Source: Yuukianura sp. NJ FZ-2021 (lineage: Eukaryota). Taken from it: DNA of 64,000 nucleotides. Positions 1-17,312 of this stretch are shown one piece after another; within the stretch, counting starts at the first letter, position 1, and each line of letters opens with the position of its first letter. The DNA lies in the NCBI GenBank assembly GCA_046563655.1, contig CM102286.1, forward strand, positions 1,426,001-1,490,000, given 5' to 3'. A program made the translations under genes and the position numbers. Under the pieces are notes generated by a model, which did not search any database, was not told the origin of the DNA, and worked only from the letters and a program-made list of their open reading frames with translations.

Positions 1-2239
<2,239 letters not shown>

Positions 2240-3892
2240 CTTATGTCAGTTTCACCACAAAGTTTATTTGAGCTGCTCCAGCTGCTAGTGCTACCAGTTT
2301 GAACTGATGATGGCACCATGCACTCTTCGTTTCGTTGACGTCGGTCACGAGCTACACAAAGGCACGACGAAACGCGAAGAAGGTGACGAACCGAACATGG
2401 GTCGGTCAATAGCAATGGCCAGTATCAAGGCAACTAAAAAAACAAGACTATATAGTAATCATGATTTACTTGTCCTTAGTCTTAAATCATCAATAATTAA
2501 TTCTACTCACCTAATTACTACAATGGAGGAACCTTAGTATCATCTTCATGTGAAAAATGAATCGAACTTGTTCAGTGATTCAACTTTAGCACAGATTGTT
2601 CCGTCGTCATCAAAATATCTAGTAGTACAAAAGTCCAAACTCATAAAATTAACAACACAGTCCTTGAGTTCAATTTACATAAGAGTGGTCAATTAAAATA
2701 ATTATTGGCTCATGCATGAATTACTTAAATCGTCAATACCGAACTTGGACAAAGAACCACTTCCGAAGCTCAGCTGCTGTAAGTTGGTCGGTAGTAAAGT
2801 TGCCGGAACCTATGTTAATTTACGTTGGACTACGATTAAAGATGTTTAGCTGGTCAAACTGTACGTGACACTTGTCAAAAAGTAGAAAAGTGTAAACAAT
2901 TAAGAAATACTATAGCGAAAATTATTGAAATGAAACTGAAACACACCTTGTTACCCTCTTCCTGTTTCCCCCTTCATCTCACTGGTATTTCCCAATGCTC
3001 AAATCCCCATCTCTCCCTAGAGCATTCCACACTTACACATGAACTGCTCCCTTTACAGAATTAGCTGCACTTTATTTGCAACTGCAGGGCCGTATCGCCT
3101 TTAGGCCTCGTTTCGAATTCTTCAAATTATTTCACAAAATCCACAGCTACACTTAATGAACTTAGCAACGACCATTTTGTTGCTCGGCAAACTTGCAACA
3201 ACGGTGGAAGTACGAGGTTAGGGTTGCTAAAATGTTGCGTTAGGTTTCATTGGAATGCAGCTTCAGTATTGCCAACTTGTGGAATTCGAGCTGATTGTTT
3301 TCGTACTAATGACCGGGAACAGTGCAGGTCACAGAAACATATCAGAATCCTCCGATTTGCCGCATTTGAATCCGTATGAACGAAAAAGTGTTCGTGATTC
3401 CTCGAGAATTTTCTAGTAAGGACAGAACTTCCAGACGTTCCGGCCCTGCGGCCGGCCCACAACTCAAAAATAATCAGCGGTTCTATGGCCCGTCATCTTC
3501 ATCTTCCTCTTGGTTGTCAAAGATTAGAGACTTGTCAGGGAACAACAACCAAAATACCCCTCCGCGGATGTCAAACATAAAAAGAATCAAAGTCCACTCC
3601 AATTTTAAATCTATACAGCGGATATTGAATCAGACCAACAAAATTGTCTGTAACAGAACCCTGAAAAGTCAAAGGTCGAATGAGTATTCCAAAAATTCAG
3701 CTTAACTTGTTGCTTAGCTTACCGAAGATACAGAGTCCGAAGGTGCATCAATTCATTACTTTTCTTTTAAATCTAGGCGGTACAAAATTCAAAACAGGGA
3801 CACTGAAAAACTATGAGGGGCAAGTTTAAATTATTAAAACTAAATACGAACGTGAAGATGTTTCTCGCGCCAAGTCGATTCCGAAACGTTCT

Positions 3893-7191
<3,299 letters not shown>

Positions 7192-7503
7192 TCTTAAATC
7201 ATACGGAAACGGAAGTACGTTTTCCAAATTCCAAACGTTCGTTCACAATTCAAAAAAAAATCAAACGTTTACCGTTGACTTTTATCTCTACCTATCAGCT
7301 GTGACAAGAGTGATAAGGTTAATTTTTTAATGGTGATTGTGATTCAATTAACGACGGAATTTCAAGGACACAGTGCCGGAGACAAAGGAAAAGAACACAA
7401 AAATTAAAATTTGAAGTTTGTTTTTGTTTTTCATTTTTTAGTTTTTTGAAACTAAAGAATTTACCGCTAAAATGAAATTAGCGACGTCACTCAAGCGGTT
7501 TCA

Positions 7504-7599
7504 CTAATCACTTTTTGTCGCCCAAAACATAGCTGGGCAAAAAATATTATTTTGCACAAAGACAAAAATGGCGAAAACAACAAAACTAGCCAACGCCAT
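7504..7599 (-). pseudogene. Truncated third paralog of the secreted protein (signal peptide only)
   Basis: Reads MALASFVVFAIFVFVQN then diverges and stops after 31 aa. It matches the N-termini MALSSFIVLAIFVFVQN (11897) and MALLGSIVVLAIFVFVQN (13422). Its upstream region 7600-7830 also matches 11900-12130 and 13430-13660. Confidence 0.75.
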
Positions 7600-7804
7600 T
7601 CTCAAACCTAAGAAACTCTTCTACTTATCTGTCTATTATCTGTCAAATACGATTTTTGTACAATTTTTATATTTCTATAGGGTTTTTAAATTTTAACGTT
7701 TATGATAGTTCAAAGTTTTGATTAACTGTGAAATCGTTGAACTAATTACTTCGCCTTAGATTATTCTAAAATGAATTCGGCCTTGAGCTTTTACGTTTGA
7801 TGTT

Positions 7805-7819
7805 TGACCTCGATGACCT
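7805..7819. promoter_or_regulatory. DR3-type nuclear receptor element candidate (TGACCT-cga-TGACCT)
   Basis: Two perfect AGGTCA half-sites (minus strand) spaced by 3 nt. Equivalent sites are at 12110, 13639 and 16760 in the paralogous promoters. Confidence 0.45.
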
Positions 7820-8178
7820 CAACAAATTGTAGACTAAGCTAAAGATTTTACTCATCTATTTTCTAAAGCGCTACTAATCTATTTTCACCCAAAACTGCGG
7901 CACGTAAGTTATGTTTGTGCAAACACGGTTGACCCAAATACAAAAGACAGAAATTGATGGAAAACGAAGATTATTTGTAGTCTAAAAGGACGTTGACCTC
8001 ATTTCATTACACTTGTTTTATCCGGACTGTAATTTATTGACCTTATTCCATTACTCTGTCCATTGCGCAGAACTTTTCGAATTTCAATTGCAAGCCAAAG
8101 ATGAACGGACTAGGTTAAAGTTTTTTCAAAGAATACAACTAACAATTATTTCAAAATTCTACAAAAACTCATAAAATT

Positions 8179-10469
8179 ATGCCTGCCGGCGGTCAACCAA
8201 GGTTCACATACCATCGTGATTGCCAACAAGCAACATTTGAACCAGTCCAAGGATCAGTAGTCACTGGTAAAATATATAATTTTAATTATTATATTTAGTT
8301 TTAAATAATTTGAATTAATTTGTAAAAGTTACTGCCTCCTGAATTCAAATTTTACTTGGCAGGTCAAATTCCAAAGTGGTTGGAAGGAACGCTGATTCGA
8401 AATGGCCCCGGAATTCAAACGGTGGGAACAGACCGGTTTCAACATTATTTCGATGGACTAGCAATCCTCCATCGTTTTCACATTCACGATGGAAAAGTAA
8501 ATAACAATAAATATAATAATTAAAATAATACTAAAACTAATTTGTTATGAGTTAATTGTTATGTTTAATTAAAATTCAAGGTAACTTACAGCAGTAGACC
8601 ACTCGAAAGTGATTCGTACAAAAACAACATGGCGGCTGGAAAAATTGTGAGCACCGAGTTCGGAACTTTGGGAGAAGCCGACCCATGTGACACTCTGTTT
8701 TCAAAGTAGGAGGATTCAAAATTTCAAAAATTACTACAAAAGCAAAGAAGAAATTTTTAATATTTTTAGCAAAAAATGCTTGTTTGAATAGATTCAAAAG
8801 TATGTTTACTGGCGAAGAGAAGAAGGAATCATGTGACCTGATAACGGACAACTGCAATGTAAACGTTTGTTATTTTGGAGATCAACTCTACGCCATGACA
8901 GAAACTATGTATGTTCGGCGCATCAAACCAGAAAATTTAAAAACTATAGGCGGGAAAACAAATTTGAAAAATTATTTGCCAATTGAGCAAACCTTGGCGC
9001 ATCCTCACATCCTTCCGGATGGAACTGTCATTACAGTTGGCACAAACTACAGACACAAGGCTGGTCCACACTACACCATCGTTAGTATTCCGCCTAGTTT
9101 TAATTCAGATCGTGAGTTTTTCAAATTATGAAATTATGAAATTTTATCAAATCCAAAAGCTCTTTCTCTAAAGTTATTTTTTCAATCCCGAGGTCCCGTT
9201 TTCGAAAATTCGGAAATTATAGCTGAGATTCCGTGTCGCTGGAAGTTGTACCCGTGCTACTCACATTCTTTTTCATTGGCGGGTGACAAAGTCGTTTTTG
9301 TTGAGCAGCCATTTTGTATTAGTGTTCCGAAGTTTATTTTGTCCCAGTTCAAGCGTGCTCCATTTCAGTCAATGCTTCAATGGTGGCCTAATCAAACTGC
9401 AAGTTCAAAATTTTAGCTAAAAAAAAACCCTTTTGGTTTATAACACTAATAACACAATTCGGAAAATCAAATTTTGAAACGTTTGCTTTTGAAATTTCTA
9501 GACCAGAATTCATGTGGTGTCGACTATAGATGGAACGCGACACAAAATTGTTTACGAAGCCAAAAGTTTGTTCATGTTTCATCAAGTCAATGCTTACGAA
9601 GATGACGGACATATCGTTCTCGACCTCTCTGCTTACAACGACGACAACGTTAGCGTTTCGTTTTTAATTTTTTTTTAAACTTTGACAAAATTTTAAGTAA
9701 TTTTTGTTGTCCTTGACAGCTTGTAAAAGCCGCTTTGGAAAATCACAATGTCAATTTCGATATTCGAAATTCCTTCAGACGCTACGTTTTGCCTCTCAAA
9801 ATTCCAAAGGTAAGAGTACAATCATTGTTAAATCTTTGATTCTGGTGACAATACAGTGTTTCCTGCGCAGGATGGGTGCGCAGCTGACCAGAACTTGGTC
9901 AGATTGGAGTCGACTAAGGCACAAGCCAAACTGCGGCCTGGGACGACCAACGTTGTTGACCTCGAGCCCGAGGTCATTCTGAACTCCTTTTTTGAATTAC
10001 CGAAAATCAACTACGAATTCAATGGAAAGAAGTATCGGTATGCCTATGGAGCTTCGTCCATCAACAGTAAACCGGCAGATTCACGATCCCTTATTGAATC
10101 AAATCAAGTAAAATTCATTTAACAAACAAAAAGAAACAATTAAATAGCCCAACGTAATTTTGTATTATGAAGATTTCCAAAATGGATTTGGACCGGCAAG
10201 AAGTGACTTCCTGGACAGCAGGAGAGGAAACGCTCGTGTCCGAACCAGTTTTTGTTCTAAATCCACTTTTAGAAAATCCGGCAGAAGACGATGGCGTTCT
10301 GCTTGTGTCTCTGCTGCATTTGGAAGATGAGAGAAAAGTGACATTGGTCATTCTGGATGCAAAAACTATGGAAGTGGTGAGCAAAGTGGAATTTCAGGCT
10401 GATGGGGCCGTTCCGTCAACGTTACATGGCCAGTGGGCTCATACTGGTCATAAAGTACATAAATACTAA
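8179..10469 (+). CDS. Carotenoid cleavage oxygenase (BCO/NinaB/RPE65 family), copy A, 9 exons
   Basis: [41 protein letters not shown]; four Fe-ligand His ([20 protein letters not shown]); [14 protein letters not shown]...AEDDGVLL. Exons join in frame if intron 5 uses a GC donor at 9399. Confidence 0.9.
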
Positions 10470-10943
10470 TTTCATCAAGTTCCCAAAAATATTTACTTTC
10501 TGTCGAATAATGTTTGAACTTGAGTAGTACAGATTTGGGTTTCAAAACAAAACCCTTTTGTTTAAAAAAATCAAACCAATTTAGTTTAAACTTAACATTT
10601 TTTTTTTGAAAACTCTTTTTACCATGAACATTTTCGTACTTATAGAACACATTTTAAACAAACAACACAACATCGAATCTCCCTTGATACTTTTGGCTAT
10701 GTAAATTTAAGCTTCAAGGCGGAAATTCTCGTTTTTTATTTTGTTTAAATTTTGACCAATGACAAGATAATAAAGCATATGATGAAAAAATTTATTTCAA
10801 TACAAAGCAAAAATAATAGCTAAGGAATTCAAATTGTTGTATTTTGAAATTTAAGAAAAGTTAGCCTCGTAAAAAAATTTCAAACGAAAAAAAAAGTGTT
10901 TAATGGTGTGATGAAAAGTATACTTCAAATTAAGGTGTCGGAA

Positions 10944-11897
10944 CTAAACTCGGTTGATTCTGAGATTGAACCTAATACTGTTTTCATCAGTGCTTACCCA
11001 TTGGTAAAAATCGTTTTCGGATGACCGCGGAGAAACTGCCACAAGATTTTTAGTCCCCAAATTTCGAATTTCAAGCGGACCGAAACCCAAGGTCTTCAAA
11101 CTCCAAAATCCATTTTCGCGATTTTTTGCCAAAGTGTTCCCTTGATCGACATACTGTGGGTCATTGGTCAGCATAAGATAATGTTTTGGTGTGGCAGTGT
11201 CCTGGGGAGACTCAAGGTCAGCGTCCACGACAAGCAGCATGTCTGGATACTTCACATGATGAATTGTAACTACCGAGTCGTCGTCATTTACAAGTTTGAA
11301 TATCCACAGCCCATCTTCAAACCATGCCCCACCAAGAGAATATTTCGATTCCCTAAAAGTAAATATTTAAAGAAAATGGAAATCAAGGTTCATTGACAAC
11401 GAAAAGTTAATTTTCTTTAACAGGTTGGATAATATCTCGCTTGTTGACAAAAGAAACGGACAAAACAAAAAATTAGTACCAATCCAAAAATTGGTACCAA
11501 TTCATATGCTACACTTAAAAAAATTGTTTGACGATGCCCTGAAATGAAATTGGGCAATTTTTGGCAAAATCGAAAAAACATGAGTTATTACCCAATCTGT
11601 TAAATAAAATTAACAAATCAATAAATCAAAAGACCTTGATGGAAATTAAAATTTTTTTTTCAAAAATTGTGATATTTCGAAATACCTATTGGCGTGATCA
11701 TCCAATTGAACGAATTTGGCACCAGACTTTGAATAAACGTCTGCGTATGTCAACAAGTTGAAGCCTGAGCGAAAGTTTTCGTGAATTTGGTACTGCGTTT
11801 CCGTCCATAAGTTTGTATTGGGAATTAATTGCTTTCTGCCTTCTCCATTTTGCACAAAGACAAATATAGCCAAAACAATAAAACTGCTCAACGCCAT
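10944..11897 (-). CDS. Unknown secreted protein, ~205 aa, possibly beta-trefoil, copy 1 (exons 11897-11686 and 11352-10944)
   Basis: Hydrophobic signal peptide MALSSFIVLAIFVFVQNGEG. A phase-2 GT-AG intron joins DDHANR|ESKYSLGGAWFEDGLWIFK in frame with the ORF at 10944-11255. A close paralog lies at 12718-13422. Confidence 0.82.
11384..11638. mobile_element. Non-autonomous DNA transposon (MITE), hAT-like, in the intron of secreted gene copy 1
   Basis: Termini CAAGGT...ACCTTG with a perfect 8-bp target-site duplication ATGGAAAT. It is absent from the ~75-nt intron of copy 2. A second family member is at 54203-54466. Confidence 0.85.
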
Positions 11898-12717
11898 TCT
11901 GAAACACAAGAGACTCTTTTAGTATACATTTTTTTTGTAGCTATTATGTGGATTTTTTAATGAGAGAAATATGGTTTATGAATTTGAAGTTAGAAGTTAA
12001 CTTTTTAACTATCTAAGTTTAAAATCGCCTTTTAAAACTAATTACTTAACCTCAGTAGTTCGTGTGATTACTCCAAAATGAATTTGGCCTTGAATGTAAG
12101 TTAAGGGTATGAACTGGATGACCTCTAAAACTAAAAGAACGGTTTTCGAAAACAAAGTATTGTTTCAAAATTTCAATGAGAAGCGCTCACGACCTCACGA
12201 AAATGTCGAATGCACTGTTTGAAGTGTGTAGTACGGACTTAAGTTTAAAAAAAATAGTACCTTTGTTTAAAAAAACCAAACCAATTCAGCTTAAAATAAA
12301 ATTTCTGCTTTTGTTGAGTTTACAAAAGCTCACAAACGTTTTTGAAAAATTTTGCATTTTCTGCTTTTGTTTTAATTTTCTAAGCTGTATCTAAAAAAAA
12401 CTATAGAATGACGTATGGGCTTTTCTCCCTTGCGCCAATTTAAGCGTAAAACAAAAACAATTTCTCCTCTTTGTACGATGAATATTTTTGAACAAAATTA
12501 TGCACGACTAAAATCAAAATGGATCCCAAACGTATCGCTTTCAAATATTGAAATTCAGAAACTAGTGAATTTTATTTCAGTAAATGAGAAGGAGTTTCAA
12601 AAAAAAAATTAAGCTTTCAAAATTATTATGATTTTAAATTGAGTAAGTTTGTTAGCAGAAAATGTTTAAAATTAAGCATTTTGAAATGTTTTGAAGAGAA
12701 TTGAGATTAGGTCAGAA

Positions 12718-13422
12718 CTAAACTGCGTTGATTCTAAAGTTGAACGTGCTGCTTTCTTCATTCGTAGTTGTAACCCATTGGTAATAATCATTTTCAGATA
12801 ACCGCGGAGAAACTGCCACAACATTTCCATCTCCCAAATTATGAATTTGGAGCGAATCGTCTTCGTCTTCCCGTGTCCTCAAATCCCAAAATCCATTTTG
12901 ACGATCTCGTGCCAAATCGTTCCCTTGATCAACATATCTTGGGTCATTGGTCAGCATAAGATAATGTTTGGCTGGGACCTTCCCCTGGGGGGAATCAAGG
13001 TCAGCGTCCACGACGAGCAGCAAGTCTGGATACTTCACGTGATGGATTGTTACATATCCCTCGACGTTATTCTCAAGTTTGAATGTCCAGAGTCCATCTT
13101 CAAACCATTCCCCGCCACGAGCATATTTGAACTCCCTAAATGTATATTTTTAAAGAAAGTTAGAAAATTTTGAACATATATTTTTAAAAAATTAAGATTT
13201 TTGGAAATACCTGTCGGCGTGATCGTCCAGTTGAACAAATTTGACACCAGACTTTGGCTTAACGTCTGCGTAGGTCAACAAGTTGAAGCCTGAGCGACGA
13301 TTATCATGAATTTGGTACTGCGTGTCAGTCCATAAGCCTGTACCCAGAATCTGCTCTTTTGCTTCTCCATTTTGTACAAAGACAAAAATGGCCAAAACGA
13401 CAATACTGCCCAACAACGCCAT
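12718..13422 (-). CDS. Unknown secreted protein, ~209 aa, possibly beta-trefoil, copy 2 (exons 13422-13211 and 13135-12718)
   Basis: Signal peptide MALLGSIVVLAIFVFVQNGEA. Same intron position and phase as copy 1. Shared blocks SGFNLLTYADV, WFEDGLW, HHVKYPD.LLVVDADL, KHYLMLTNDP.YVDQGN, VAVSPR.SEND.YQWV. Confidence 0.82.
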
Positions 13423-14166
13423 TCTGAAAATATAAGACAAAATTTTAATACATATATTTTTAAAAAATTTTAGGTTTATATAGGATTTTAAAATTCTAAA
13501 ATTTGATAGGTTAGTTCAAAGTTAATTAGTAAGTTAACTTCGATTTTTAAATCGTTGAACTAATTGCTTAACCTCAGATTAGTTTAATGTAATTACTTTT
13601 AAATGAATTTGAGATTGCCCTATGTTTGAACGAATCTTTGACCTTGACGACCTTAGAAAGTATAGAAATGACTTTCAAAAAAGCTTGGTTTCAAAGTTCA
13701 AAGTGAAGCTCTCTCTACTACCACGCACAAATATCGGATGACCGTTGGCCTCCCTGGGTTGAACGTATTTTTGAACTTTAAAGCAAAATTCCATTTCTTC
13801 TTTTTTTAAACGTAGCCATTCAAATAACCTCACCTGAAATAAGCTAGTGTACTTTTTCTTTGAAATTGATCTATTTTTAACATTTGAGGCACAGATTCTT
13901 GTTTTTAGTTTATTTACCCATATGCAAACAGGCCATGATGAGATGATTTTTTCCGGTCATTGCTTGTTATTGTAATTGTAAGATACACAGTACTGACCTT
14001 AACAGAAAGATGATTGCTTTATCTTAGTCGTTTTTTACAATAACATATGTGAACATGTAAAATTACAGCTTGGTTTATCGTGTTCAATGCAAAGTCAAAA
14101 CATTTCGAGTGTCAGTTGTCACTGTCAGACAGAGTTGAGCTGACCAGGCTAGGATTTTTCCAGAAA

Positions 14167-16476
14167 ATGAAACGAAAATTGTTTCAAAATTTTACGAAAT
14201 TTCATAAACTTATGTCTGCCAGATATCGGACAAAGTTCACATACCATCGTGATTGCCAACAAGCAACACTGGAACCAGTACAAGGATCAATAGTCACTGG
14301 TAAAATATAATTTAAATTATAATCCTTATTAGCTTTTTCGTTATAATTTGAATTTAGAAAAGTTAATTGTCTCCTGAATTCAAATTTTGCTTGACAGGTC
14401 AAATTCCAAAGTGGTTGGAGGGAACGCTGATTCGAAATGGCGCCGGAATTCTAACGGTGGGAACAGACCGGTTTCAGCATTTCTTCGATGGATTAGCAAT
14501 CCTCCATCGGTTTCACATTCACGATGGAAAAGTAAATAACAATAAATATAATAATAAAAATAATACTAAAACTAATTTGTTGAGATGAGTTAATTGTTGT
14601 GTTTTATTGAAATTCAAGGTAACTTACAGCAGTAGACCACTCGAAAGCGATTCGTACAAAAAGAACATGGCGGCAGGAAAAATTGTTGTGAGCGAATTCG
14701 GAACTCTGGGAGAGCCTGACTCATGTGAAACCCTGTTTTCAAAGTAAGAGGATTCAAAATTTCAAAAATTGACAAATAAAAAGAAGAAGAAAATTTTAAA
14801 TTTTTTAACAAAAGATGCTTGTTTGAACAGATTCAAAAGTGTGTTTACTGGCGGAGAGAAGCAGGAATCACGGGATACTACAACGGACAACTGCAATGTG
14901 AACGTGTGTTATTTTGGAGATCAACTCTACGCCATGACAGAAACTACGTACGTTCGACGCATCAGTCCAGTAACCTTGAAAACTATAGGCGGGAAAACAA
15001 ATTTGAAAAATTACTTGCCAATTGAACAAGCCTCTGCGCATCCTCATATTCTTCCAGATGGAACTGCTATTACAATGGGCACAAATTACAGACATAAGGG
15101 TGGTCCACACTACACCGTCATCAGTATTCCACCTAGGGTTAATACAGATCGTAAGTTTTCAAAATTATGAAACTCCTTCTTTCGAATTCTAGTTGAAATT
15201 TTGATACTTTTGGTTCTTAAGGTCCGGTTTTCGAAAATTCGAAAGTTGTTGCTGAAATTCCGAGTCGTTGGAAGTTGTATCCTGCCTACTCACATTCTTT
15301 TTCTCTGGCGGGTGACAAAGTCGTTTTTGTTGAGCAGCCATTTTGTTTCAGTTTTCCGAAATACATTCTAAAAAACTTCAAACGTGAACCATTTGAGTCA
15401 CTGTTCCAATGGTGGCCTAATCAAACTGTAAGTTCTCAATTTTAGCTTATACAAAACCGAAATTTATATTCAAAATTTTGAAACGTTCCCTTTTGAATTT
15501 TTTAGACGAGAATTCATGTTGTGTCGACTGTAGATGGAACACGACACAACATTATTTACGAAACGAAGAATTTGTTTATGTTTCATCAAGTCAATGCTTA
15601 CGAACAACATGGACATATCGTCCTCGACCTCTCTGCTTATAACGACGGCAATGTAAGCATTTCGATTCTAGAATTTTTTTTTCAATTTTGATAAAATTTT
15701 GAATAATTTTTTTTGTGTTCTTGACAGCTCGTAAAATCCGTTCTGGGAAATCATAAAGTCGAATGTGATTTTCGAAATTCCTTCAGACGCTATGTTTTGC
15801 CTCTCAAAATTCCAAAGGTAAGAGTACAATCATTGTTAAATTTTTGATTCTGTTGGCACTGAAGTGTTTCCTGCGCAGGATGGCTGCGCAGCTGACCAGA
15901 ACTTGGTCAAATTGGAGTCGGGTAAGGCACAAGCCAAACTGCGGCAGGGCACGACCAACGTAGTTGACCTTGACCCCGAGGTCATCTCGAACTCCCTTTT
16001 TGAATTTCCTAGAATCAATTACGAATTCAATGGAAAGAAGTATCGATTCGCCTATGGAGCTGCTTCCTCTGTCACCAGTCAACAACAAGGTCCACAATCT
16101 CTTCAGGATCCAAATCAAGTAAAATTTTCCAAATTTAAAAAAAAAGGAATTTTATGTCCAACTTTTTTTAATTTCAAAGATTTCCAAAATTGATTTGCAT
16201 CGACAAGAAGTGACTTCCTGGACAGCAGGAGAGGAAACGCTCGTGTCCGAACCAGTTTTTGTTCGAAATCCACTTTTAGAAAATCCGGCCGAAGATGATG
16301 GTGTTCTGCTTGTGTCTCTGCTGCACTTGGAAGATGAGAGGAAAGTGACATTGGTCATTCTGGATGCAAAAACTATGGAAGTTGTTAGCCAAGCGGAATT
16401 CAAGGCTGATGGGGCCGTTCCGTCAACGTTACACGGAAAATGGGCTCAACATGGACATAAAATACACAAATACTAA
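14167..16476 (+). CDS. Carotenoid cleavage oxygenase, copy B, 9 exons (ATG at 14167 or 14212)
   Basis: Same exon structure and motifs as copy A ([45 protein letters not shown]). All donors read GT. Confidence 0.9.
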
Positions 16477-17312
16477 TTTAAGCTATGCCGCAAAAATATT
16501 TATTTTCTGAAAACATAAGAACCATTTGGCAAGTCATTTTAATCAAAAAGAAATATAAATTATAACTTCGAAAATGATTTTTTTTATCTTTGACTTCACC
16601 TTAGAAAGTAAGGAAACAACTGTCAAAAGAAACTTGGTTTCAAATTCCAAAGTGGAAACTCCCTATACCACATCACGCAAATGTCAAATGGCCTTTGACG
16701 TATCCGGATTGCACACATTTAAGCTACAACGCAAAAATCCACTCCTTTAAACTAATCTTTGATCTTCATGACCTTAGACAAAAAAGAAATAAAACTGTCA
16801 AAGAAAGCGAGGTTTCAAACTTCAAAGTGACGAAATTTTCCGGTCGCCTTCTCGGTCGCACCGCTTACGCTTGAATCCAGAAAGCAATACTCTAATGTTG
16901 TTGTTTTCTTTAAATAGTTTATTCATTCAAATAATCTCAGCTGAAATTTTAAGCTTGTGTGGTTTTTTTAAATTTGAAATATTTTTTACATTTGAACATC
17001 GAAGTGTCACAGATTTTAGATTTTTTTTTTTTTTTTTTTTTTGTAAATTTCGTCAAATAGGTATGACGTCAATTCTTGGGTTGAAGGACATTTAAAATGT
17101 GCATCGCTGACCTGACTTTGATTAAATGACGTTTGCATTATCCGCGGCTTTTTACAGCACAAAGGCAAAATATAAATTCATATCACTTTGGTTTATAACG
17201 CTACCCAATGTCTAAACCTTTTCGGATGTCATTTCTCAACCAGGGCTGAACTGATCAGGTTAACATTTTTTCCGAAAATAAAACCAAAATTATTTCAAAA
17301 TTTCATAAAATT

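Noticed and set aside
3376..3705. 109-aa ORF between Src42A and Gcn5
   Set aside because: No recognisable motif or splice support; likely UTR or promoter sequence.
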